Below, in pieces: positions 11,821 through 23,580 of a stretch of 52,679 nt of DNA; the first letter of the stretch is position 1, and each line of letters starts with the position of its first letter. The DNA is from Octopus bimaculoides. Taxonomy: Eukaryota. A model generated the notes under the pieces. The model was not told the DNA's origin, ran no database searches, and saw nothing but the letters and a program-made list of their open reading frames with translations. Where the stretch lies: NCBI RefSeq assembly GCF_001194135.2, contig NC_068981.1:73263048-73315726 (forward strand). The letters run 5' to 3'. The translations under genes were made by a program, and so were the position numbers.

Positions 11821-13043
11821 GAGATTTTTACCGTTAAATTAGATAAAAAAAAAAAGCAACGGTTTTATTAATACATATTATAGTTGGAATGTTAAGAAAT
11901 TCACTATTCGTTTTAGTCTGATCTATGACGTCTAGTTGAGCCAATTTGTTCAACTGGCCCACCCTCTGATGAGGCGTAAAAATAGTTTGCTTAAAGTTAA
12001 ACATTGATTGATCTCTATTTATTCACTTAATTACATAAAGAGCAGAACAGCAACTTCACCGATAACTCCACTTATAATATTAATAGAAATAACGACATTA
12101 ATTATAACGTCGAGAGCCGTCATAATTATCCCTTTTTGTACAAGAAGTGTCAAAAATATCGAACTAAATTAAACGTTATACGTTTTGCATTATACGAAAA
12201 TAGCGCCTTTAAAATAAGAACTCGCTTAATTCTAGTGAGAAAGAAAGCGTAAGATCTTAATGTTTGTCGTTTGAGTTTAAAGAATCTTGAAAAGGTTCAA
12301 CAATGAAAGGGTTTGGAACATGTAGTAAAGTGATATAGTCTTTATTGAGATAAGAAATATAGAGAACAGAAAAAAGAGATATATGGTGGAAGAGATTCAA
12401 ACATTAGGCCGTGCATTTACAGATATTATACGCATGTATTTGTGTAATGTTTCGATTAAATGTAAAATAAATTTGCAGATGCATTAATATGATAAATACA
12501 AAATATACTCGTGTGACATATGCAAGTAATAAATCCTAATAAGCAAAGACCAATAATACAATATTAAGCATTGCAACTCACCATAAATCTTAACAATGAA
12601 AATTAGAATTAGGATCAAAAGTGGGAGGAGACAGAGAGAATTACAGATGATGGTATGGATGGATAAAGTAATGAATAATGTCATATAAAAAGGTATTGCC
12701 AGAATCATTAAAAGATTATGTTTAATGAATAATTGAATAGACTTCAAAATTGGCACACAACATATTTTGTCTGGAATTAAGTGAAATATTAATATAAATA
12801 TTGATATTGTTCTTTAGATCCAAGTCAGTTCTGACCGAGCAGCCTTTCTAGTTGTGATCATCCTGTACATTTTAAAGAGATATCTAGGATTGTTTTATCT
12901 ATTCTTTTCGTAATTAAAACTGTGAAAAGTTCTTTGAAAGAGATTTGGCTGCTACTTTTAACATGTGCATGGAACACTAAGAAGGATTAACTCAACAAGA
13001 CCATAAATTCATAAAAGAGGTGTATATATATATATATATATAT

Positions 13044-13990
13044 CATTGTCTGCCAAACTGTGTGCCGCAAGAGATTCCTGGAATGCCACGAAAAATATTT
13101 TCGGGATTTTCGGGAAACAACGATCCAAGAACACTCGCAAAGTTCGAGCGTAAATATAAATTACTTATATAAATAGTAAATATGGTAAATATAAATTAAT
13201 TACGTTACACGACGAATAGCAGTTTTGCTACAATATATTACATTTCTGCATTTAAACCGGGATTGTCTATAAGTAAACGGTTTAGTAGTCCTAGTAGTTT
13301 TTAACTTTTGATTTATTTATAATTTACATAAATCATTTTATGTTAATTTTAATCAATTTTTAGTTTTAGAATCAAACATGGACAAATTTTTATTGATACC
13401 TCAAAAGAATGAGAAAGAGCGTTATAGCAAACAAGACAAACACCAGAATAACAGTCCACCTCATCAAACCAAAAATATAACGAAAATTATGTCCAGCAAG
13501 GTTTTATATTATCGGGAAAAGACAACTGAGTTCCTTTTTGTATGATTTGTTTAACAATACTCTCAAGTGAAGCGATGGTTCCCAGTAAACTTCAACGTCA
13601 TTTAATAACAAATCATCCGCAACATAAGGAGAAACCAAAGGAATATTTTGTGATGCTAAAACATAATTTAGAAATTCAATCAAAATAGTTGAAGAAATTT
13701 CTATGAGGATTTAAGGAAACATATTCTTAGGTAAATGAACGAATATCGCAAACTGCGGAAAGTTTTTACCATAATTGAATATGATATCGAGGAATGCATC
13801 AAAGATTATCCATGGTAAACCTAGTAACACTGAGTTGGAAAATACACGAAATTGAGTGAGTTAATATGCGTATATAAAATAACATGAATGAAATGGCATT
13901 GAAATGCGACTTAAATAACTTTGTAGTATCAACTAATCTCCAAACAGACAGATAGCCGAATAAGATGCGAAGAGTTAGGCAATAAACACG
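13044..13990 (+). mobile_element. hAT (Buster/Charlie-like) transposon relic, internally deleted
   Basis: 5' end CATTGTCTGCCAAACTGTGTGCCGC resembles CAGTG..CCCAAACT hAT termini. BED finger KYNENYVQQGF...CMICLTILSSEAMVPSKLQRHLITNHP at 13473-13620, and CEELGNKHET near 13968. Confidence 0.82.
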
Positions 13991-14094
13991 AAACAATGAG
14001 GCTGAGAAAATTAACTGGTGATACCTCACATCATTCACTTCGAATCTTCGCATCTTTCACTTTTTTTTTCGGCAAATATACGACGTTATTTTCA

Positions 14095-14270
14095 TTGGAT
14101 TGTGGTAAGAAATTTGCTTCTCAACTACATGATCCCGGGTGACTTCCTCGGACTACAGGCTTAAAAAAAAAGTATTGGTGTCGATTCGTTCGACTAAAAT
14201 CCTTCAAGGCGGTGCCTCTGTATGACCGCAATTTAATGATTGAAACAAGTAAAAGATAAAGATAAAAGAT
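14095..14270 (+). mobile_element. SINE family B, head fused to tail (internal deletion)
   Basis: TGTGGTAAGAAATTTGCTTCTCAAC head joined to GTCGATTCGTTCGACTAAA...TGAAACAAGTAAAAGA tail. Confidence 0.7.
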
Positions 14271-15153
14271 ATTAGTCTGGTCTTCGCTTAGATCTGTTCT
14301 TGGTAAACATAGTATTTAAGATCTTTGCTTTGCTTTATGTGATTATAGCCTCATAGATTAACTTAATTGTAAATTGTGATGCAATTACTGTTATTACATT
14401 CGATGTTTTACTTTTCACCAATATTTTTTCATTGTGTAGCTTTTTAAGTAAAGAGATGCCGTCTTTGTGAAATCGGGAAATTACCATAATTTATTGCATC
14501 TTACACCGTTTCAATGCCCGACAGCTTACAAAACCGTAAATTTAACTTTACAATTTGAAAATACTATTGATTCACTCTTGGTCACACAAAACAAATGATA
14601 CCAATCTAAGTGACCATTTTTACCTCTGCTTTTCTTTCTTTCTTTCTTTATTTCTTTCTTTCTTTCTTTCTTTCTTTCTTTTTTTTCTGAAGGTCGTCAG
14701 TTTTCACATGAATTAATACTGTTTCTGAAACCAGCAGAAATTTATGCTATTGATTTAATCATTAGGATATAATTACTAGAACATCTATCAAACCATCCAT
14801 TTATACATATAAACCAATGAGAGTACGTTTACGTAACCATTCGTAAACGTATGTAAAACTTACCAGTATTTTAGTATGTAATAAGTGTATATATGTCTGT
14901 GTAAACATATGAAAGCATATGTATGTATGTATGTAAATACATAAGTCAAAACATGCATCTATACATGTAGTGAAATCTATACTTAGACATATGGAACCAT
15001 ATGCTTGCGTATGCTTGCGTATATGCATGCATTCATACATACATATTTGAGCAAAGTGTGGCTGAACCTGGGATATTTGGGAGAAAATGTAATTTCTTCA
15101 TTCGTACGCTACAAATGATCACGATATCTGGAACAGAAAAATTCTGCAAGACC

Positions 15154-15688
15154 TTAGCCCATTGCCTGCCATGAATCCCATTTGAGGATTTGTTAAAAAC
15201 AGTCTACCTGCCCGTTGTTCGTTGTATTTAAAGTGAATTGCTTATGTATATTGCATTTGCAGAGGTGTGTTTAACAATATTTAGTAGTTAAAGTTTGTCA
15301 TTATTAGTTCTAGCTAATTCTAGAGGATATTTTATGTCATAAATCGCAATTTTTGAACTACAAAAATATTGACTGTTTTGAAAATGCTTTCTTTTTCTTT
15401 TGTTTTTTTTTGTATTTCCCATCTATATCATTCATTGATATTTCGTACACATTCGCATTTGATACTACAGTTTAAAAAAAAATAAAATGTTTATTATTGC
15501 AATTGGATAGAAAAGGATAAATATGCCTTATTTCAGCGATCCCCATTTGGGACTTTTCGAAACATTATCACAATTTCCAAAATAATTCACATATGAAGAA
15601 AATTCAAATACTATATATTATTTTAACTCTTAAGACACCTGACAAAGCCAAAAAATATGAAGAAAAAATTTGGCAGTTAATGGGTTAA
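15154..15688. mobile_element. piggyBac-like non-autonomous element
   Basis: Left TTAGCCCATTGCCTGCCA versus reverse-complemented right end TTAACCCATTAACTGCCA: 15/18 match, ending GGG|TTAA. Internal direct repeat CCCATTTG at about 15177 and 15542. Confidence 0.55.
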
Positions 15689-16699
15689 GTTTGAAAGAAT
15701 GATAGTTAAAACAAGATGCTTTCCTTCGCTACTTTACTACCAAGTAGGTGACCGGTCAAAATTTACTCTAAATTTAAAAAGAGAAAGTGAAGTATACACA
15801 CAAACATGCGTGCATAACTACCTCATTAATGTTATCTAAATTTTAATGAAACAGCTTTGTTTCTAGGGTAGCGTTTTTCTCCACAGTAGAGAAATTCAAA
15901 AGATGAAAAACCACAAAAAAATACTGTCATAAATGCATGCAATCACAACATGCTTGTGATATGTATCTTAAGAGAGATCTGGAAAAGAAACATTTTGCGT
16001 ATAGACAAAGAGGTACTTATGGGTTTTTTTGCCGCATACTTCAAAACAACAGTTAGTGGAACAGTCCATGAAAAAAGAAAACTCTAAAAACTTCACAAAA
16101 TAACTGATAAAATGTGCAATATAGAATCCAATAAAGTTTCATGATGTATAGTTCATTATGTGATAAATCTGTAGTACACACTCAATCAGAGGCTGCTACC
16201 AGATGTTAAGACATAACTTTCCAATATTATATGATGTCTTTTCGAAATTTATATATAGTACCTTGGAAATATCACGTGTATTGGAAAAATTCACGTTTTA
16301 ACGCTACTGCTGAAACATTCATATGACCACCTCCCAAACATAAACGCAATACATCTGATGTATTTGTCTTCGAAAGAAACAAAACATTTACATTTGTGCT
16401 GCTCAGTGACCAGACCTACTTTCGTATCTTCTTACTGGTTTACTTAATTATAAAATCATATGTGTACACGTAAACAATAACCCTGGAAAATAGTATTGAA
16501 AATATTGAGGTTTCCGGTTGGGAATAAAAGTAGTTTGATTAGAAGTTAATCTAAAATGAAACTATCCTAAAGTTTAGCATGCAGATCTATATGAATTTGG
16601 ATGACAGGATTCTATTTATTTGGAGGCAACACGATGCAAATACAAGCACACACCTATGTTTTTGTGTGTGCATTATGCGTTTTTATAATTTGGTATATA

Positions 16700-16904
16700 T
16701 ACGAGGGGGAGCTGAAAAGTTCCCGGCCTTAAGGTTATCGCGAAAGGCCTGATTGGAAGCCCAACTTTCCGAGTTCCTTTACAGGGCTTAGAAAACTGAA
16801 GGATCGCTGCAACAAGTGTGTGAATCTGAGAGGGGAATATGTTGAATAAAACCATAATTAACTGGTACTCATGCATTTTCCTTAACCCATACATTTCAGC
16901 ACCC
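16700..16904 (+). mobile_element. Mariner deletion derivative (about 200 bp)
   Basis: 5' TIR TACGAGGGGGAGCTGAAAAG, degenerate 3' TIR TTTCAGCACCC, and transposase C-terminus DRCNKCVNLRGEYVE*. Confidence 0.78.
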
Positions 16905-16905
16905 A

Positions 16906-16950
<45 letters not shown>

Positions 16951-17012
16951 CAANNNNNNNNNNNNNNNNNNNNNNNNNNNNNNNNNNNNNNNNNNNNNNN
17001 NNNNNNNNNNNN

Positions 17013-17075
<63 letters not shown>

Positions 17076-17809
17076 CAAAACATGTTGTAGAGGTTATTTG
17101 TTTTGCGGGAGGAGAGGAAATTATTGAAACTGAATCTGACAGTTTGTTTTGCAACTCGAGATTCCCGTCAGTGTAAATTTCCAGGCGAGAACTGTTACAA
17201 CAATGTACCGGTGATGTATTTGTATCCTTTACTCTTTGTGATCTAGTGCTTGCATTTTTTCATCGGTAGGCTTTTACGTGTTTATCGATTGGCTGGTGTT
17301 TTTCTGGCTTGTTCATATATGTATATATACAAATATATGCAAATTTCTGTGCGTGTGACCGCATAGCTTACCGGCTGACAGACTCATCTCTCTTAGGGTA
17401 TATTCACGCAAATGGCACTTATTGAGAATCAGGATAAATTCGTGAGCGTATGTATCCTACTTTGGTTCATCAGCCCGATACATAAATTCGGACTGCCTTA
17501 TAATATGATTAATTCGCAAAATGCAAACTAATATGTATAACAATTGAAGTAGAATTATTGAGTGCAAACAAGTTCGACATTGGTGGGAGAATTATATTTA
17601 GCCTATTCAGAAATTGGATAACAAGAGGTGTGAATAATTAACATTTTAGAATTTCTTTAACTATTACATATGCTTCGGCAGTTAAGCACTCTCCATGTTG
17701 GCTACGGATAAGACACCACTGACTAATAATTATGATATTGATCAAATCCATTCTCTCCAGACAAAACTGATGGAACATGAATTGATAATCAGTGATTTCA
17801 TATTAGTTT

Positions 17810-18015
17810 CAAATTTTGGCAAAAGACCAACAAGTTCGCGATCGAGGCAAGTCGATTACATCGACCCCAGGGCTGAACTGGTACTAATCTTATCAAACTC
17901 AAAAGGATGAAAGGCAGAGTCGTCCTCGGCGGAATTTGGACTTAGAACGTAAAGAAGGACGAAATGCTGCTAAGCCTTTTTTTCCAGCGTACTAACGATT
18001 CTGCCACCTCACCCC
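17810..18015 (-). mobile_element. SINE family A
   Basis: GTCGATTACATCGACCCCAG...GGATGAAAGGC...CTCGGCGGAATTTG...AGAACGTAA is the reverse of family A. Confidence 0.85.
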
Positions 18016-18934
18016 CTTGATCAATATCTTCATACTGAGTCCGTTTTCCACGACGATAAAATCCATCGTTGTAAATAAAACAAAAAAATGCAAGATGTCC
18101 GTATAACGAAAATTTGTATCCAGTTTTGACTCGACATAATCTAGTGAAATTTTTGACTTTACAAACCCTACGAATCAGTAAAACTAATGCTACATAAGCC
18201 CGGGTGAAGATTTGACTATAAAGTTTCGAATGGTAAATTACATTTGCAAATAAAGGGCTTCTGATTTTATCTCACGTCTTCATCTTTGTAGTTTCTTCAA
18301 TTTTACGACCTTACTTTAGGCCGAAGGCACAGCAGCCCTTTTGCGAGAGCCTAACTACTTAGGACACCAACTAATCAGTCTCCTCCACATGCTTCAATTA
18401 GCAGTAAATTCTCTCGCCTATTCTCTTGTGAGAAGAAATTAGCATTGAATGTGTTTCGCCAGACTTTGTGTCAGACTTTCGTTCTTTTACTTCCTCTATT
18501 TGGTGATCGTAAGTAAATCGATTTTTTTTTTGCATGTTGTTTAACTGACATGCGCAATACATTCACTGGAAAATGGGGTTGATGTTTCTAATGTCTAAAA
18601 ATCTTTTCTTCGCAGGAGTAGTATTGCTTCGTTGGTGATTCTATTCTTGTATCTTAAAGATTCCTTGCAAACCATTGAAATACGACAGAACACGAGAGAT
18701 AAAATACAAAGAAAATGTTAGCAATTTCCGAAGCGAATATTAAGACAATATTGATTGAGAGAAAAGTAAAAGACAATATTTTACGTTTAAAAGTAAATAT
18801 TTAAATTAAGTACTGTTTTCAATGAAGATAAACAGTTTCTTATTAACGATAAGAATCTATTTATTAGAATATGTAACACATTGTGTCAAAGACGTTTCGG
18901 ACAAAATTGCTATAAACTTGAAGTTATTGGAGCT

Positions 18935-19154
18935 TCTTTTATCTTTTATCTTCTATTTGTTTGAGTCATTAGACTGCGGTCATTCTGGGGCGCCGCCTTG
19001 AAGAAATTTTAGTCGAACGAAACGATCCCATTACTTATTTTTTCAAGTTTGGTACTTATTCTATCGGTCTCTTTACACCAAGCCCCTAAGTTACGATGAT
19101 ATAAACACACCAACACTAGCTGTCAAGTGGTGGTGGTGGGGGAAACAGACACAA

Positions 19155-19200
<46 letters not shown>

Positions 19201-19365
19201 GTATACAGCGGGATTCTTTTAGTTTCCGACTACCAAATCCATTCACAAGACTTTAGTTAGCTCGAGGTTATAATAAAAGAAACTTGCCTAAGTTGTCATG
19301 CAGTGGGACTGAACTCGGAACCATTTGTTTGGGAAGCAATCTTACCACACAACAACGCCTGTGCC
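18935..19365 (-). mobile_element. SINE family B, full length with internal (CA)(TA)
   Basis: Same head, body and tail blocks as 2782-3150. Confidence 0.88.
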
Positions 19366-19569
19366 TATGCAAGCTTTTACAATCAATTTTAGCGGTGCTA
19401 TTGTATGTTAGATCTCATAAGTGAAATGCGTACGTTACGCGGCTGCGTGTTTCTGGGTTCAGTGCCATTGCGCGACAGATTGGGCAAAAGTCTTCTGCTA
19501 TGGACCCTAGTCAAACAATATCTTGTGATTGAATTTGGCACATGGAAAGCGTGTGTAAAAGTCTGTCGT

Positions 19570-19868
19570 ACATACATATATGCATACATACATTCATACA
19601 TACATACATACATACATACAAACATACATACACATTACATACATACAAACACACATACACATATACATACAAACTTACCTACATAGATTCATACATACGT
19701 ATATACATACATATATACATACATGCATACATACATACACACATACATACATTCATACATAAATATATACATACATAGAAACATACATACATACGTAGAT
19801 TCATAGATACGTACATATATACATACATGCATACATACATATTTACATACATACGTATATACAAACAT
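19570..19868. repeat. Degenerate (CATA)n microsatellite
   Basis: Direct. Confidence 0.95.
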
Positions 19869-19869
19869 A

Positions 19870-20516
19870 CTGGAACAGGAAATATCAATCAAATACCTGA
19901 TGCACAAAAGGGACAGAGATGCAGGAAAAGCAGTGAAATGTGACAACCGTTGCAGACTTTGTGGGGTTAACACCGAAGATATCACCCACGTCATAAGCAG
20001 TTACTCGAAAATGTCATCACAGTATTATCTACCGATGAGACATGATATTGTAGCTAGGACACTATAACGAAATCTGGCGGAAGGATAACCCCGATGACAA
20101 AAAAAAAAAAAAATCAGAATCCACAGTATGGTAGAAGCCATCGCCACTTATAATAAAAAGGAGTACTGGTGGAATGTCCCAATGAAGACCTCAATAAAAT
20201 GTAAGCACAACGAGACAGAGAAGCGAAACCGTGTACAGCTGTGGAAATTAGCTGCCCAGCGGATGTTAACATAAAGCCGAAGATCAGTGAAAATGAGAAT
20301 ACCTACGCTGAACTATTGAGAAATCTGCAGTTACTCTATCCAGATTACAAGTTCAGGTTTATACCTGTAATTATTGGGGCCCTGGGATATGTAATACACT
20401 GCCTAAATAACAAACTTGAGAAATTAGGCTTCTCAAAATCAGAAAGGATAAAACTACTTCGAAAATTACAGATCCAATCCATCACTGGAACTGTTAAAAT
20501 CTGTAAAACTTTCCAG
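19870..20516 (+). mobile_element. RLE-type (R4/Dong-like) non-LTR retrotransposon, 3' coding fragment
   Basis: CRLCGVNTEDITHVISSY (CCHC knuckle with last C mutated), MRHDIVAR, WWNVP, and ORF 20241 VEISCPAD...TYAELL...FIPVIIGALG (restriction-like endonuclease C-terminus). Confidence 0.85.
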
Positions 20517-20715
20517 TTTGGCTATTGTTTAATAAATCTAAAGGTGTCGGACAAAAAGTTTTATAATATTTGTTCCCATTGTGAACACTCAGTGGTCAAA
20601 TTTCACCGAGGTCAAAATTTGCTTTTCATCCTTCCGGGGTCGATGAAATTTACCCCTCAGGGACTTAAATCGATTTGATCGATTAGCTCCCTCCACTACA
20701 TCCCTGGCCTCATTG

Positions 20716-20915
20716 AGGGGCGGTGAATTAGCAAGGAGTGGTTAGAGCTTCGTGGTCATCTACGTTCTGGTTTCAATTACCGCCGAAGTCAATTTTGATT
20801 TTCATCCTTTTGGGGTCGATAAAACAAAGTAGCAGTCAAGTATTGGGGTGATGTAATCGACAAGCTTCCACCCGGCAAAATTTCTGACTTTGTGCCTGTA
20901 TATTAGAAATGATTA
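20716..20915 (+). mobile_element. SINE family A, degenerate
   Basis: ACGTTCTGGTTTCAATTACCGCCGAAGTC...TCATCCTTTTGGGGTCGATAAA...GATGTAATCGAC. Confidence 0.75.
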
Positions 20916-21962
20916 ATATATCAAGTTATATGAAAACCAACGTTGATCTTTCAGGGCTTAGAAGTAAAAAACCGAAAGTATATAAAGTTAAGTATTTAAT
21001 CTAGCGTTTTGCTGTTTCTAGTAACTAACTTACCTTAGTTATTTGAATATTTTATGAACGAGTCAAAAACCCTCATTGTATCCATGGTCCAGCTCACATT
21101 CGAAGATTTAAGTTACATACACTATAAATAAAGCAATGATTATATCATCATTGAAGACTCCCATTTTCATGCAGTCTATATAGAGCAATTACCCAAGCAG
21201 ATTCCCGACCATTTTGAAAAACATGCTTATTGGGAACATTTGTACTAAGTAGAAGACGAAATTCACATAATACAAACTGTCATACTTGACACAAAGCATC
21301 AAGTTTATTTGCAAGGAGCAAAATTGGGATAGGGATTGATAAAGCTTGGCAGTTGTTTCCAAGGCCTCTCCCTACCATACTCAAAAGTAAAATCAGAAGC
21401 TCAGTTAATCTAATCACCTGCAACTTCTAAGAAGTATTAAAATCTGCTGTCCGTTTTTTTTTTTATATAGACAAACCGTGCAAGTCATATGTTGCGTAGG
21501 TGGCTTTAACTTTTCAGTATATTATGTGTCAGCTTTCTTTCCATTGACTTTCCAGTATAGATTTTTATTTGAATATCTATTTCTTCTTTACAGTTATTTA
21601 TTTCGGATATCAGCTGTTTCCACTCTATCCTACACAACAGCTGTTAGGTTACTCTATTCTTGCGCTTAAAAGCATTTCTCAGTCAGTGAGACATGTACTC
21701 AATCAAAATGTTTTTGATGACAAATAAACGCCATTCGTTTAGAAAAAAAACGAAGGAAGGAATATATTAACAATTGACGAGATAAAATCTATGCATTAGT
21801 TATAACTATAATCACGGGACAGCATTAGGTTTTTAGCAAAACTAATTCGCAAATTGTCTGTTATCAAGTTTCGAGAGGCAATTTTAATTGTATTGATTAA
21901 ATTCGTCATTTAGGACATCTTGGATGTAATAACTTCTTAGTTTTACCGCTTTTCTCTCTTCT

Positions 21963-22010
<48 letters not shown>

Positions 22011-22015
<5 letters not shown>

Positions 22016-22310
22016 GTACACGAGGGTTCCAGTTGAGATTAACGTGCTCGTGAGATTAAGTGCAAGTGGCGGAGCACTCCACAGACACGCGTACCCCTTC
22101 ACATACTTTTCAGAGAGATTCATCGTAACACAGAGTGTGACAAGGCTGGCCCCTTGAAATGCAGGTACTACTCACTTTTGCCAGCTGAGTGGACAGGAGC
22201 AACTTGAAATAAAGTGTCTTGATCAAGGACACAACGCGCAGCCAGGAATCAAACTCGCGACCCTACGATCGCGAGCCGAGCATCCTAACCACTAAGCCAC
22301 GCGCCTTCAC
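22011..22310 (-). mobile_element. CORE-type tRNA SINE, family C (OR2-like), well preserved
   Basis: Minus strand: GTGAAGGCGCGTGGCTTAGTGGTTAGG (box A), GCGAGTTTGATTCC (box B), TGTGTCCTTGATCAAGACACTTTATTTC (CORE-like). Confidence 0.88.
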
Positions 22311-22360
22311 TGTATGTATATATATATGGGCAATTATAGAATGAATTTTAATTGCCCACG

Positions 22361-22640
22361 GGTATACAGCGTAATGGTTAAGAGCGCGGACTACTAACAC
22401 CAAGATTCCGAGTTTAATTCCAGGCAGAGCCTTGAATAAATAATAATAACAATAACATCAGCAAAAAATACCTTAGGAATGAGAACCCAGGGTAGAGTTC
22501 AAAATTCTACCAGGACACCTGATGAAGGGTGGAGAGTAAATCAGCCGAAACGTTGTGGTAGCAACAAACAAAATGAGGACAAATATCTGTCCGATGTAAA
22601 TAATGTAAATAATGTACAGAATTCCTCATCTCTAAAATAT
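22361..22640 (+). mobile_element. Short element with tRNA-like Pol III head and hammerhead-bearing PLE-like tail
   Basis: CAGCGTAATGGTTAAG (box A-like) and GAGTTTAATTCC (box B-like), followed by a hammerhead motif at 22514-22559 and an AT-rich tail ending in simple repeats. Confidence 0.65.
22514..22559 (+). ncRNA. Minimal type I hammerhead ribozyme motif (PLE type)
   Basis: GACAC CUGAUGA A GGGUGG agaguaaa UCAGCC GAAA CGU U GUGGU: intact core, stem II 5/6 paired, loopless palindromic ACGU stem III, stem I CAC/GUG. Confidence 0.7.
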
Positions 22641-22758
22641 AGATCAATATATCTATCTATCTATATATATATATATTGATAGAAATTGTAAGACAACAAA
22701 AGAATGAAAGAGACCTCGATATTATGTAAATAAAGGAATTTATCTTATCTGTAAATGT

Positions 22759-22877
22759 AATATGTGATAATTATTCGGTAGCCATGATAAAACTCCGAGT
22801 TTCGGATGCCTTTTTTCGATGGCCCGACATCCGAAACTCGGAGTTTTATCATGGCTACTGAATAATTGTCACATATT
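22759..22877. repeat. Hairpin: 50 bp arms (48/50 Watson-Crick), 19 nt loop
   Basis: 22759-22808 pairs with 22828-22877; the two non-WC pairs are T22768:G22868 and G22777:T22859. Confidence 0.95.
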
Positions 22878-22878
22878 T

Positions 22879-22882
<4 letters not shown>

Positions 22883-22958
<76 letters not shown>

Positions 22959-22972
22959 AAGAAGAAGAAGAA
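22883..22972. repeat. (ATA)n(AGA)n compound microsatellite
   Basis: Direct; source of the poly-I/poly-R ORF. Confidence 0.97.
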
Positions 22973-23065
22973 TATTAGGGAATGTATCATTCCAAACGTA
23001 CAGGAATATTCAATTTAGTAATACCAAATGAAATTCCACAATACATAATATATGTATATAAATAT

Positions 23066-23323
23066 AATTTAGAGAAGAACCACCATTATAAATTCAGACA
23101 ATGAAAGACTCCAATGACACCATTCAGAAAAAAGTACACTATAAAAATATTAATCAAAGAATTCAATAAGGCAGAAAAAGTAAATAGTAGTGAATTCATT
23201 ACTATTTACTTTTTCTGCCTTATTGAATTCTTTGATTAGTATTTTTATAGTGTACTTTTTTCTGGATGGTGTTATTGGGGTCTTTCATTGTCTGAATTTA
23301 TAATGGTGGTTCTTCTCTAAATT
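23066..23323. repeat. 258 bp loopless palindrome (124/129 Watson-Crick pairs)
   Basis: Centred on GAATTC at 23192-23197 and checked base by base; five non-WC pairs. Confidence 0.97.
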
Positions 23324-23340
23324 TTATATATATATATATG

Positions 23341-23395
<55 letters not shown>

Positions 23396-23419
23396 GAAAT
23401 AGGATTAAGTCGACCGGAT

Positions 23420-23580
23420 TAAGTAAATATATTTGGGAACTCAAAGATAAGGATACTAGGTTTACGTTAGAATGGAAAATCCTCGCCTCCGTAACTTCGT
23501 ACAATACCCACTGCTGAACTTGAGAAACTTAGCTTGCCTGCACAAGAGGAGGTCTATCTTCGCTAAATATGAATAACATT
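23420..23580 (+). mobile_element. Penelope-like element, fragment from C-terminal side of the GIY-YIG domain
   Basis: LSKYIWELKDKDTRFTLEWKILAS matches the PLE motif LSKYIWxLK...WxIL. Confidence 0.7.

Noticed and set aside
11960-12000. CTGATGAG, a possible hammerhead start
   Set aside because: No GAAA or stem III at a suitable distance.
12605-12675. Possible RTE LINE C-terminus (GRRQR...WMDKV)
   Set aside because: Single short weak motif.
22011-22430. Box A/B motifs as true tRNA genes; short spaced repeats as a CRISPR array
   Set aside because: No full cloverleaf, and the motifs continue into SINE bodies. There is no regular repeat-spacer array or cas gene, and the DNA is eukaryotic.
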